A DNA stretch of 62,977 bases, the filler included, from Octopus bimaculoides (taxonomy: Eukaryota): NCBI RefSeq assembly GCF_001194135.2. It is 8 parts of 8 records of this genome, joined end to end, with 100 filler letters (N's around TTAATTAATTAA, not from the genome) between each part and the next. Parts side by side here need not be neighbours in the genome. Positions count along the whole stretch, not along the records: positions 31,405 to 39,825 come from NC_068984.1; positions 39,926 to 43,599 come from NC_069004.1; positions 43,700 to 50,578 come from NC_069010.1; positions 50,679 to 52,434 come from NC_068985.1; 4 more parts are not named here. One strand, written 5' to 3'. Under the pieces are notes generated by a model. It did no database searches and was not told where the DNA came from. It saw only the letters and a program-made list of their open reading frames with translations. This document shows, in pieces, positions 39,412-51,850 of the stretch. Every line of letters starts with the position of its first letter. The stretch's first letter is position 1. The position numbers were made by a program, and so were the translations under genes.

Positions 39412-39825
39412 CATTATTATTATTGAGTGAGAGAGCAGTGGATGCCATCAAAGTGACACTGGGGTAAAATATATGAAACCCATTATACCCATCATGACTA
39501 CCCGTCTGATAAGGGTACACCAGGCACATGCATCACAACCATATGTGCGCGACATGGTGATCTCATATCAAGATAAACAGCGCTTGACCTCGCAGGTGGG
39601 GCCCAGTTAGAATTTCCTTCAGGTCGAGTATCCCATCCCGTTCAAAAGGTTCCTGAATAAGGCTTGTTTAAGGATATTGAGCAAAACATCCATGTTTCCA
39701 AAGGTGAATTATTCAAACCCCAAAGAATTCCTCTCAACACATGGCTATAATGCTCCCCCACTACTTCTGCTCATGATCAGAGATGCACATATCATCAGCC
39801 ACCAAGGGACATGCTCAACTGGTTA
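38726..39825 (-). repeat. Two tandem copies of a non-coding retroposon-like repeat with (TAA)n tails
   Basis: ~38726-39310 and ~39424-39825 are colinear (TGAGTGAGAGAGC..CCCAAAGAATTCCTCTCAACACATGG), each abutting (ATT)n. Confidence 0.8.
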
Positions 39826-40748
39826 NNNNNNNNNNNNNNNNNNNNNNNNNNNNNNNNNNNNNNNNNNNNTTAATTAATTAANNNNNNNNNNNNNNNNNNN
39901 NNNNNNNNNNNNNNNNNNNNNNNNNGTGTTCGTGTTTGTGTGGGGTTGTAGGTGTTGGGTACGTGTATGTGTGTGTGTGTATTTTGTATGTGCGCGTGTG
40001 TGTATGTGTATGTTTTTGAGCGTGCGTGTGTGTTTGTGTGTATGTGTATGTTGTGTATATGTGCGTTGCTGTGTACGTGTGTGTGCGTGCGTTTGCTATT
40101 GTATGTGCGTGTGTTGTTTATGCCCATGTGTGTGTGATTGTATGCGTGTCTGTGTGAGTGTGTAGTGTTGGTGAGAAGTGTGTGTGTGTGTTTATGTGTG
40201 TTTATGTGTGTCTGTATGTGTGTATGTGTGTGGATGTGCGTATGTGTGTGGGATTGTGAGTGTTAGGTAGTGGTGTGTGTGTGTTTATGTGTGTTTATGT
40301 GTGTCTGTATGTGTGTTTCCATGTGCGTGTGTGTGCGCGTGTGTGTGTATTTTTTGTGCGTGCGTGTATGTGTATATTGTGTATGTGAGAGGTGTGCGTG
40401 CGTGTGTGCATGTGTATATATGTGCATGTGTGCATGTGTGTATATGTGTATGTGTGTTGTGTATGTGTGTGTGTGNNNNNNNNNNGGGCGAGTCTGAGCG
40501 TGTGAGTGCATGCATATGTGTTGTGTGTGTGTGGTTTGTTGGGGGGTAGGTGTGCTTACATGTGTGTGTATATTTTGTGCGTGGGTATGTGTGCGTGTAG
40601 GAAGGGGTGAGATAAAAAGTGGAAAAATGTAGTGAGTGTAATAACAAGAGAATAATGGATATAATGTAAAGGGGACGAGGGGGGGTAAAAAAATAAAAAT
40701 AAAAAATAAAAAATACAGAAAAGTGTTGCATAGACGTAAAGGTGAGAG

Positions 40749-41776
40749 TCATAAGGAGGAGGGGGCTGCGTTGAGTCCGAAGGGGAAAGAAGAATTAAGG
40801 TTAAAAATATAGCGTTGCTCCAAGTGGAGTCGCGAGGGAGTGGACCCATGGTGCAGGGCGAGGCCAAAAACGGAGATGTTAGAGGGAGAGTGGTTGGCCA
40901 AGTGGAAGTGACGGGCAACGGGGCAGTCCGAACCTAGCCAAACGTCCCTTAGGTGTTCGGTGAAACGGTCGGCCAGCCGGCGGCCCGTCTGCCCCACGTA
41001 GAGTTGGTTGCATACGGTGCATTTCATGCAGTAAATTAGGTTGGAGGAGGTGCAGGTGAAACTGTGTGGAATGTGAAGAGTTTGTAGGTTCGACCCTGTG
41101 ACAGAGGTAGTGTTGGTGATGAAGAGGCAGGTGTGACAACGGGATCTGGAGCACGGGAAGGAGCCGGGTGGGGGTAGGGAGGAAGAGGAGAAGGTACTGC
41201 NNNNNNNNNNNNNNNNNNNNNNNNNNNNNNNNNNNNNNNNNNNNNNNNNNNNNNNNNNNNNNNNNNNNNNNNNNNNNNNNNNNNNNNNNNNNNNNNNNNN
41301 NNNNNNNNNNNNNNNNNNNNNNNNNNNNNNNNNNNNNNNNNNNNNNNNNNNNNNNNNNNNNNNNNNNNNNNNNNNNNNNNNNNNNNNNNNNNNNNNNNNN
41401 NNNNNNNNNNNNNNNNNNNNNNNNNNNNNNNNNNNNNNNNNNNNNNNNNNNNNNNNNNNNNNNNNNNNNNNNNNNNNNNNNNNNNNNNNNNNNNNNNNNN
41501 NNNNNNNNNNNNNNNNNNNNNNNNNNNNNNNNNNNNNNNNNNNNNNNNNNNNNNNNNNNNNNNNNNNNNNNNNNNNNNNNNNNNNNNNNGGTAGAGGTGG
41601 GAGTCAGTGGGTTTGAAGAAGGCAGAGGTAGTTAGAGAGTTGGAGGGGGGGTTGATGGAAAGAGAGATGTCGAGGAAGTTAACAGAGGTGTCAGAGATGG
41701 TAGAAATAAAGTCAAGAGCAGGGTGGAAGTTAGAGAGGAAGGAGATGAAAAGGCAGAGCTGTTCGCGGGAGACGGA
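40749..41776 (-). mobile_element. Penelope-like retroelement (Neptune-like): RT C-terminus plus C-terminal GIY-YIG endonuclease, 5'-truncated, gap inside
   Basis: 41776-41590 reads FLSNFHPALDFISTISDTSVNFLDISL..FFKPTDSHLY (PLE RT thumb). After the gap: GSFPCSRSRCHTC..FTCTSSNLIYCMKCTVCNQLYVGQTGRRLADRFTEH..HFHLANH..EQRYIFNLNSSFPFGLN, stop at 40749. Confidence 0.9.
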
Positions 41777-42400
41777 TGTTTGTGTGTCTGTGTTTGTCCC
41801 CCCAACATCGTTTGAGAACCGATGCTGGTGAGTTTACGTCCCCGTAACTTAGCGGTTCGGCAGAAGAATAAGTACTAGGCTTACAAAGAATAAGTTCTGG
41901 GGTCGATTCGCTCGACTAAAGGCGATTCTGCAGCATGGCCGCAGTCAAATGCTTGAAACTAGTAAATGAGTAAAAAAGAGAGTATATAATAAAATATAAA
42001 CTTATCATTGAACACAGTTTTTCCGAAAGTCAAACCCAAGGGAGATAATCATTCAAAAATTGTCAACTAAAAGTCGTACTCCTTGATTTCTTGATTTCTG
42101 TTAACCAAATATTTTCTCGCGAGACTTCATCGTGAATTCGCGTGTTTTTTTAATTTTTATATATGTTGTCCTCCAATAAGGAGATGAACGTTTTTGTAAT
42201 GAAGGACAAGGAAGAATATATCCTATAACAATGTACTGATAATCTGATGTGTTATTCTTTTGGGAATGATCACATAAAAGATAATACCATATAACCCATA
42301 TTTATGTAGCAAACTGCAGTACTTAACACTTAACATTTAATGAAGGCATATATTAACTACCACATCATCTCGAACCATATCGTTGCAAGTTTTTAGAGGA

Positions 42401-42560
42401 GGCGCTAGTTGATTACAACGACCCCAGTACTAAACTGGTACTCACTTTATCGACTCCGAAGGGATGAAAAGCAAAGTCGAAGTTGAACAGAGAGCGTAAA
42501 GGCGGACGAAATACTTCTAAGCATTTTGACCGGCGAACTAACGCTTCTGCCAACTCGCTG
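42401..42560 (-). mobile_element. SINE family A (internal deletion)
   Basis: Reverse-complement head CTTCTGCCAACTCGC and body. Confidence 0.7.
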
Positions 42561-42935
42561 CATAATCATATCATAATAATGGATTAAACAAAGTATTTGA
42601 TGTGAAATCCTTAGAACGTTACCTAATAAGACGGGTATTTGAAGACGGCCGGATGGTACAGCAGTCGAAAAGCATTTCAGCGTTGACTATAACTAACAAG
42701 ATGAAGACGTACTCTGAATCTATCTGTGTCCGTGGGACGTTCGCTCGCAAGAGAGGGTGGCCTAGAGTCACATACCATGCTTTCGTTCATTGTTTCAGAT
42801 GCTTATGCAGTCTTGGGCATAGACACATTCTCGGCTCTCCCGCCTTGAGAAACGGATAGAGAGAATGGGGTGGGTGAGACGATAGAAAGTGGAGTACAGC
42901 AGCATTCAGCTGATATTATCTTTCTGCTGTTTAAG

Positions 42936-43150
42936 ACGGCGAGGTGGTAGGACCGTTAGCATACCCGAGAAATTGTTAGCAGCATATCGGACATCTTTAC
43001 GACCTGGATTCAAATTCCGCCTTGGTCGACTTCGTCTGCCATCCTTTCGAGATCGATGAAATAAGTACCAGTTACGCACTGGGGTCGATGTAATCGGCTG
43101 GCCCTCCCACCCCGATCCCAAATTTCAGGCCTTGTGCTTATAGTAGAAAG
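42936..43150 (+). mobile_element. SINE family A, tail type i
   Basis: GATTCAAATTCCGCC B-box region, GTACCAGTTACGCACTGGGGTCGATGTAATCG body, GGCCTTGTGC tail. Confidence 0.75.
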
Positions 43151-43699
43151 AATTATCCTTCGGCTATTTAGACTGCAGCAGCGTTATATGAAGAGCCATA
43201 CTGAACGACATAACGTATAGAAATCGATACCACGGTCATATGATCGACAAGACAACACCACTAGGGGCTTCTCAGATATCATCCTTTTTAATATATCGTA
43301 ACAAATTTTATTAACTCAAGTCGGTAAATGATAACATTTTTTTCCTTTATTTACTGATCGACCTTGTGTTTAGATTATATATAAATATTTACTCTATTGT
43401 AAACCTGATATTTATAATTGTGGACCGGTAGAATATAATACATTTTCTTCACGGCTGTATTTGTATGTGGGGATGTATTTGCAACTATTTCTTTGTGCGA
43501 GTGTTTGATAGTGCGTGGATTTACACAGGCACACACACACACATACACACACATACACAATATATATGTGTATGTGTATATATATATATATATATATATN
43601 NNNNNNNNNNNNNNNNNNNNNNNNNNNNNNNNNNNNNNNNNNNTTAATTAATTAANNNNNNNNNNNNNNNNNNNNNNNNNNNNNNNNNNNNNNNNNNNN

Positions 43700-43764
43700 C
43701 CCTCTCACCACGATCTGCAGCACGAACGGATCCGGATTTCGTGCTGCAGATCGTGGTGAGAGGG
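43700..43764. other. Perfect 27-bp inverted repeat with 11-nt loop
   Basis: 43700-43726 CCCTCTCACCACGATCTGCAGCACGAA is the exact reverse complement of 43738-43764. Confidence 0.95.
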
Positions 43765-44020
43765 ATAACTTCCCTTGGCAAACAGGACACAGTCGTGTGT
43801 CGATAAGCCAGCTGGAGGAGATGTCCTCCTGGGGCTAAAAGCAACAGTAACATCCACCCCTAGGGGTCAGCCACACTTAAGTGGCAATATACTACACTTT
43901 ATATATATATGTATATATTTATATATATATATCTACATATATATATACGCATACATATATGTATATATAAATGCATTTATATGCATAAATATATATGCAC
44001 GCAAACACACACACATACTG

Positions 44021-44055
<35 letters not shown>

Positions 44056-44498
44056 CATACAAACTCACACATAAACGCATATATGTGTGCGTCTGTGTAC
44101 AAGAACAAAGAAAATCCTTGAATGGCGTCCCCGTGTCGCGAGTTAAATGGAGTGTGATGTCACTGCATTAACCAGGAAGCACTAACGTTACAGGTATGGA
44201 TTGGAAGAAATAGTGAACAAGGAATATACATTACTGCCACCACCAACACCACCACCACTCCAACAATGACGACCACCAACATCATTCTAACAATAGCCAC
44301 CATCATCTCACCATCACCACCACCACCATCATCACGACCACCTCTCCACCATCACCACATATGCACTGATATTATCACCACCAACACTACTGCCACTACC
44401 ATTTCACCATCACAAACTTCACACCACCATCACCACTTAGAAACCACCCAGATTGCACCCTGCTCTTCTAAAGTTCACCCAACTGCCCTTTCTATCAT

Positions 44499-44972
44499 CT
44501 CTTATTTCTTTATTGCCCACAAGGGAACAAACATAGAGGGGACAAACAAGGAGAGACAAACGGATTAAGTTGATTACATCGACCTCAGTGCGTAACTGGT
44601 ACTTAATTTATCGACCCCGAAAGGATGGAAAGCAAAGTCGACCTCGGCGGAATTTGAACTCAGAACGTAGCAGCAGACGAAATACCACTAAGCATTTTGT
44701 CCGGCGTGCTAACATTTCTGCCAACTCGCCTTGCTATCATTTCTTATTTCTTTATTGCCCACAAGGGGCCAAACATAGAGGGGACAAACAAGGAGAGACG
44801 AACGGATTAAGTCGATTACATCGACCCCAGTGCATAACTGGTACTTAAGTTATCGACCTCGAAAGGACGAAAGGCAAAGTCGACCTCGGTGGAATTTGAA
44901 CTCAGAACGTAACGGCAGACGAAATACCACTAAGCATTTCGCCCGGTGTGCTAACGTTTCTGCCAACTCGCC
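44499..44972 (-). mobile_element. Tandem dimer of SINE family A, tail type ii
   Basis: Two ~235-bp head-to-tail copies, ~44499-44732 and ~44742-44972. Confidence 0.9.
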
Positions 44973-45609
44973 TTTCTATCATTTCTACAGCAACAACCGA
45001 GCCTTAGTGGTACTAGGTATTGTTCTCTCCATAGGTTTGCAAAGGGGTATGACCTAGTGGTTAGGGTATTGCATTCATGACCCCGAGATCGTGGTTTCGA
45101 TTCCTACACTGGCTGGTCATTGTGTTCTTGAGCAAAACACTTCATTTCACATTGCCCCAGGCCACTCAGCTGTAAATGGGTAACCTTGAGATGGACTGGT
45201 GTACAAGGGCGTAGACAAAGGTGTGGCTGTGAGGTAAGAAACTTGCTTCCCGGCCTCATGGTTCCAGGATCAGTCCCATTGCATGGCAATTTGGGGAAGT
45301 GTTTTCAACTATAGCCTTGGGACGGCATTAGATTTGGTAGATGGAAACTGAAGGAAGCAAGCCTGTCTTTAGAAGAACGCTGAAATGTGTCTTTACAGTC
45401 TGATTTTAATTGTTTTATATAATTATATTGTTTTGAGTGTAGGTGCATGCGTGGCCATGTGGTAAGAAGCTTGCTTACCAACCACATGGTTCTGGGTTCG
45501 GTCCCACTGCACAGCGCCTTGAGCAAGTGTTTTCTACTATAGCTTCAGGCTGACCAAAGCCTTGTGAGTGGATTTGGTGGATGGAAACTGAAAGAAGCCC
45601 ATCATTTAT

Positions 45610-45783
45610 ATCATCATCATCATCATCATCATCATCGTTTAACGTCCGCTTTCCATGCTAGCATGGGTTGGACGATTTGACTGAGGGCTGGTGAAACCGG
45701 ATGGCAACACCAGGCTCCAGTCTGATTTGGCAGAGTTTCTACAGCTGGATGCCCTTCCTAACGCCAACCACTCAGAGTGTAGT
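45610..45783 (-). mobile_element. Retroposon 3' end with (GAT)n tail (RTE-type tail)
   Basis: Minus strand GGTTGGCGTTAGGAAGGGCATCCAGCTGTAGAAAC..CCCATGCTAGCATGGAAAGCGGACGTTAAACGATGATG; decayed sibling at ~26170-26290. Confidence 0.7.
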
Positions 45784-46809
45784 NNNNNNNNNNNNNNNNN
45801 NNNNNNNNNNNNNNNNNNNNNNNNNNNNNNNNNNNNNNNNNNNNNNNNNNNNNNNNNNNNNNNNNNNNNNNNNNNNNNNNNNNNNNNNNNNNNNNNNNNN
45901 NNNNNNNNNNNNNNNNNNNNNNNNNNNNNNNNNNNNNNNNNNNNNNNNNNNNNNNNNNNNNNNNNNNNNNNNNNNNNNNNNNNNNNNNNNNNNNNNNNNN
46001 NNNNNNNNNNNNNNNNNNNNNNNNNNNNNNNNNNNNNNNNNNNNNNNNNNNNNNNNNNNNNNNNNNNNNNNNNNNNNNNNNNNNNNNNNNNNNNNNNNNN
46101 NNNNNNNNNNNNNNNNNNNNNNNNNNNNNNNNNNNNNNNNNNNNNNNNNNNNNNNNNNNNNNNNNNNNNNNNNNNNNNNNNNNNNNNNNNNNNNNNNNNN
46201 NNNNNNNNNNNNNNNNNNNNNNNNNNNNNNNNNNNNNNNNNNNNNNNNNNNNNNNNNNNNNNNNNNNNNNNNNNNNNNNNNNNNNNNNNNNNNNNNNNNN
46301 NNNNNNNNNNNNNNNNNNNNNNNNNNNNNNNNNNNNNNNNNNNNNNNNNNNNNNNNNNNNNNNNNNNNNNNNNNNNNNNNNNNNNNNNNNNNNNNNNGGA
46401 TGATGTGGCTGTAAAACCTGTTCTGTGTAAGCATTCGACTTGTTTGGGCACGCTTACGTTAAAAAACAATTTTAGAATTACTTTTTTCTGTCAAAACACT
46501 AGAAATAATTGACCAACAAAAAAAAAAAAAACCAACCAAGATTCAACCAAATCAAAAAATAAACTCAACTACTAAGCAAACAAAGATAAACAATCTCATT
46601 CCCATTGCATGTGCACACGCACACACACATTCACACACACCCTTTTATGTACACACACACATATATTCACACAGAGTTGAAACGCTGTTTGATTTATTTT
46701 TTCAGCGTACAATTTTCGTCACTCCACTACCAAGTGTGACAGCACCCCTTCCCTCCGTATTCATCTATCACCCCTTCTTTTCTCATTCATAAACACAAGA
46801 GTATTATTA

Positions 46810-47190
46810 TTGTAGATTATCTCGGTAACCATGGGAGCTATGAAAAAAAAATACAAAGCCCAGCATCGACACCAGATCATTCTACATGACTGTGTAATTT
46901 TTCACCCAATTCCACCCAGCTGTTTGACCGTGAATCCCAAGACAAGAAAGAATCACACATGTCAAATTTATATGTATAGATACATGGAGTTTGAAAGATA
47001 ATGAAACACCACATATGATTAAGTGGAGAGTAATTGAGAAATCGATACTTTATGTTAATGGATTGGATAAATGTAGGCTTTGTTTAGCAGAAAGAGCACA
47101 GATCCTGTTCAGATCTAAGATCTTTAACTCTCTTCTGAAATTTTCAGTGGTTGTAAGCATATGTATAAATATATTTCGAAGAATTGGAAA
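46810..47190 (+). mobile_element. Penelope-like GIY-YIG C-terminal fragment, same type as 8620-8955
   Basis: TWSLKDNETPHMIKWRVIEKSILYVNGLDKCRLCLAERAQIL; YLG-like remnant upstream. Confidence 0.65.
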
Positions 47191-47219
47191 ATTCCACCTA
47201 TTCTTCAGGTTTCCATGAC

Positions 47220-48510
47220 TCACTCATCACATCTCCAAGCAGGGGAAGAATAGCAGTCAAATCTCCCTCAAATCACACCCTACTGTCTTATGCATAAATG
47301 AACCAATGACGGAGATCTCCACATGGTAACTAGGTCTGTCTTATCTATGAATAAATATGTATATGACAATGAAGGAAACCTTTATATGGAAGCTAGACCG
47401 GGTAGAAATAGCAGTCAGATCTCCCACAAATCTCACCTTTCTTATGTATGTATGAACCAATGAAGGAAGCTTTTACATGGTTGCTAGGCCTAGTGGAAAT
47501 AGCAGCCAAATCTCCCTCAAATCATACCCAATGCACCCAAGGATTTCTTCCACGTAGGAAAAGGGTGTGATGGTCATGAATAGGAAGTTTTTGACTATTG
47601 TTCTACTTGATCAGGGCAGATCTTGGACAAAACAGCAGCCACAACAAAAAGAGAATGCCCTACATCTGGACTAAAGACAGGATGGTCACAGCTGGAACGC
47701 CTTTCATTATAGGTCTGCTGGATCAAGACTGAACTAGGGCTAAACACATTACATAATGTAGTCCTAGAAATACTATAGCTTAACAAAAGACAGGATGGTC
47801 AGACCTGGAACACCCTTGATCACAGGTCAACTGAATCAGGGCTGACCTGGTGTTAAACAAGCACAAGGAAGAACACATTGGATAATGTAATCCTAGATAT
47901 ACGACNNNNNNNNNNGTCAGACCTGGAACACCCTTGATCACAGGTCAACTGAATCAGGGCTGACCTGGTGTTAAACAAGCACAAGGAAGAACACATTGGA
48001 TAATGTAATCCTAGATATACGACATTTGAATAAAAGGCAGGATGGTCACACCTGGAACACCCTTGATCATATGTCTGCTGGATCAGGACTGACCTGGTGT
48101 TAAATAGCAAGAACAAGGCAGGACGCATTAGATAATGTAGTCTTAGGTACACTTTGTCTGAACAAACAACAAAATGGTTGCAGCTGGCATGCATTTGATC
48201 ATAGGTTTGCTGGATCAGGACTGACCTGGGGCTAAACAACAACAAGGAAGGACACATTAGATAATGTAGTCCTAGATACACTATGTCTGAATATAAGATG
48301 GGATGGTCACAGCTGGGACACATTTGATCATAGGTCTGTTGGGTCAGGAATGACCCAGGGTTAAATAACACCAACAAGGAAGGACACATTAGATAATGTA
48401 GTCCTAGATACACTATGTCTCAATAAAAGACAGGATGGTCACAGCTGGGACACATTTGATCATAGGTCTACTGGATCAGAATTGACCTGGGGTTAAACAA
48501 CAACTGCAAC
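47220..48510 (+). repeat. Tandem array derived from family G (3 head units, then ~6 units of 113-132 bp)
   Basis: GAAATAGCAGTCAAATCTCCCTCAAATC three times (47220-47530); GGATGGTCA recurs at ~47680, 47793, 48040, 48172 (variant), 48301, 48433. Confidence 0.85.
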
Positions 48511-49041
48511 AAGAACACTTTGCTAGTGAGTACCACTACTACTACTACTACTTTAGTGACAAGACTCAGCACTACTACAAAAGTGACCACTACAGCCTAC
48601 ACTGTATTACTACTGCATCAAGCTACCACCACCACAACAAGGAACATTGCCACCTAATGAAACGAGACCACTGCCACAGTGTGTGACACTCTAATTACAA
48701 TCAGTAGTGTTGGTCACGCTGCACCACCACCACCATTATGGCCACAGTTGACGGTGTGGTCAACACACCAATGTACATTACCACCATGACCTTTGCCACC
48801 TTAATAAAACTAAGAGTAATATATATACACACATATATATATATATGTGTATAATGTATATTCATATATTTATATACATATATATGTATATAAATATATT
48901 TACACACACACTATATATATATATATATACACATATATACATCGATATATTTATGTGTATATAGACATACAAATATGTATATACTTATATATTTATATAC
49001 ATATATATAAATATATACACACACATATAATCTATACATTG

Positions 49042-49089
<48 letters not shown>

Positions 49090-50013
49090 NNNNNNNNNNN
49101 NNNNNNNNNNNNNNNNNNNNNNNNNNNNNNNNNNNNNNNNNNNNNNNNNNNNNNNNNNNNNNNNNNNNNNNNNNNNNNNNNNNNNNNNNNNNNNNNNNNN
49201 NNNNNNNNNNNNNNNNNNNNNNNNNNNNNNNNNNNNNNNNNNNNNNNNNNNNNNNNNNNNNNNNNNNNNNNNNNNNNNNNNNNNNNNNNNNNNNNNNNNN
49301 NNNNNNNNNNNNNNNNNNNNNNNNNNNNNNNNNNNNNNNNNNNNNNNNNNNNNNNNNNNNNNNNNNNNNNNNNNNNNNNNNNNNNNNNNNNNNNNNNNNN
49401 NNNNNNNNNNNNNNNNNNNNNNNNNNNNNNNNNNNNNNNNNNNNNNNNNNNNNNNNNNNNNNNNNNNNNNNNNNNNNNNNNNNNNNNNNNNNNNNNNNNN
49501 NNNNNNNNNNNNNNNNNNNNNNNNNNNNNNNNNNNNNNNNNNNNNNNNNNNNNNNNNNNNNNNNNNNNNNNNNNNNNNNNNNNNNNNNNNNNNNNNNNNN
49601 NNNNNNNNNNNNNNNNNNNNNNNNNNNNNNNNNNNNNNNNNNNNNNNNNNNNNNNNNNNNNNNNNNNNNNNNNNNNNNNNNNNNNNNNNNNNNNNNNNNN
49701 NNNNNNNNNNNNNNNNNNNNNNNNNNNNNNNNNNNNNNNNNNNNNNNNNNNNNNNNNNNNNNNNNNNNNNNNNNNNNNNNNNNNNNNNNNNNNNNNNNNN
49801 NNNNNNNNNNNNNNNNNNNNNNNNNNNNNNNNNNNNNNNNNNNNNNNNNNNNNNNNNNNNNNNNNNNNNNNNNNNNNNNNNNNNNNNNNNNNNNNNNNNN
49901 NNNNNNNNNNNNNNNNNNNNNNNNNNNNNNNNNNNNNNNNNNNNNNNNNNNNNNNNNNNNNNNNNNNNNNNNNNNNNNNNNNNNNNNNNNNNNNNNNNNN
50001 NNNNNNNNNNNNN

Positions 50014-50071
<58 letters not shown>

Positions 50072-50889
50072 ATTCATACATATACATACACACACACACA
50101 CACACATATATACACATATGTTCATGCCAATACACTAAACTAAATACATATACATGCACACATACATGTGTATATACACATATATATGCATAGGTATACA
50201 TATATATATATATGTACGTATATGTGTACACACACATGCGCACATAAACACACACATAACAGGTCACTGGTTTCGTTGAGATTCATCAGACGACACCAAC
50301 AACGCCAACAAACACATCCATTCCGCTACTTCTGTCAAAACTTCTTTTTTTTCCCTCTCACCCCCCCCCACCACCACCGCACGTTTTCCCCAACTCCCGC
50401 TTCCTCTCTCTCTCTCTCTCTCTCTCTCGTCCTCGTCCTCCTCCCCTCTCTCTCTTCTCTTTCCTTCCTCCCTCTCCTCTCCCTCCCCACTCTCCTCCTC
50501 CTCCTCTGTCTTTGTGTTCCGCTGTGCAAGAGGAGGGTCTATCACTTCCATTGCGGCCACTCCAGGTCCGTCATTTTCNNNNNNNNNNNNNNNNNNNNNN
50601 NNNNNNNNNNNNNNNNNNNNNNTTAATTAATTAANNNNNNNNNNNNNNNNNNNNNNNNNNNNNNNNNNNNNNNNNNNNCAGTAACAACAACAATAATAAC
50701 AGCACTCGTGTAGACGCAGTGTGGGTACATAAGATCCAGTTGAGAGACAATCTGAGAGCAATTACTGAGGAGCACATTTTTCATGTGGAGTTTTAAAAAA
50801 ATATTTTTTTTCAAGTAATGCTACATGTTACAATATGGCGCATATTTCTATCACACTGAGAACATTTTCAATTAACCAATAAAGAAATA

Positions 50890-51597
50890 TGTAAAAATTA
50901 AACATTTTCCAACTCACCACCACCACCACCAACAACAACAACAATACCAACACTAGCACCAACACCGCCGCCCCTACACCGCCGCTCCCTGCATCACCGC
51001 CCCCAACACCACCATTAGCACCGCCATCATCACCATCATCACTTTCGTCATCAATAGCCTGTCCCCTTGCAACGTATCAAAATAACTGTCAAAATCCAAC
51101 TGTGTCACATTTCTAGTCACGCAGGCTCATAATTGCATTAATCAACATCATCATCATCATCATCATCAGCGTCATCATCCTCCTCCTCCTCCTCCTCATC
51201 ATCATCATCATATTCATGTTCATCACCATCAGTAGCAGCAACATCATCTTCTTCTTCTTCTTCTTCTTCTTCTTCTTCTTCTTCTTCTTCTTCTTCTTCT
51301 TCTTCTTCTTCTTCTACCGCTTCTTCTTCTTCTTCTTCTTCTTCTTCTTCTTCTTCTTCTTCTTCTTCTTCTTCTTCTTCTTCTTCTTCTTCTTCTTCTT
51401 CTTCTTCTTCTTCTTCTTCTTCTTCTTCTTCTTCTTCTTCTTCTCCTTCTTCTTCTTCTTCTTCTTCTTCTTCATGATGGTGATGATGATGATCATTATT
51501 ATTATCATCATCATCATGATCCATGTCGTCGTAATCATTATCATCATCATCATCATCATCATCACATCCGTGATGACTATGGTCGTAATAATCCACG

Positions 51598-51656
<59 letters not shown>

Positions 51657-51678
51657 GTCGTCGTCGTCGTCGTCGTCG

Positions 51679-51739
<61 letters not shown>

Positions 51740-51850
51740 CATCACCGTCATTGTAATCGTCGTCGTCTTCGTCGTCATAACCTTCATGTTGGCGGTGGTC
51801 ACGGTCGGTGTCATTATACACACCAACACCGCCGTAGTCATCACCAGAAC
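50890..51850. repeat. Compound trinucleotide repeat (CAC, CAT, CTT, CGT)
   Basis: Includes ~225 bp of (CTT)n at 51248-51473 with two interruptions and long (CAT)n runs; similar tracts at ~44240-44460 and ~55830-56160. Confidence 0.95.

Noticed and set aside
47798-48025. Two identical adjacent satellite units
   Set aside because: Exact duplicate across a 10-N gap; contig overlap, so one unit was discounted.
47620-48510. CRISPR-like array
   Set aside because: Whole units are similar with no unique spacers, eukaryotic context, no cas genes.
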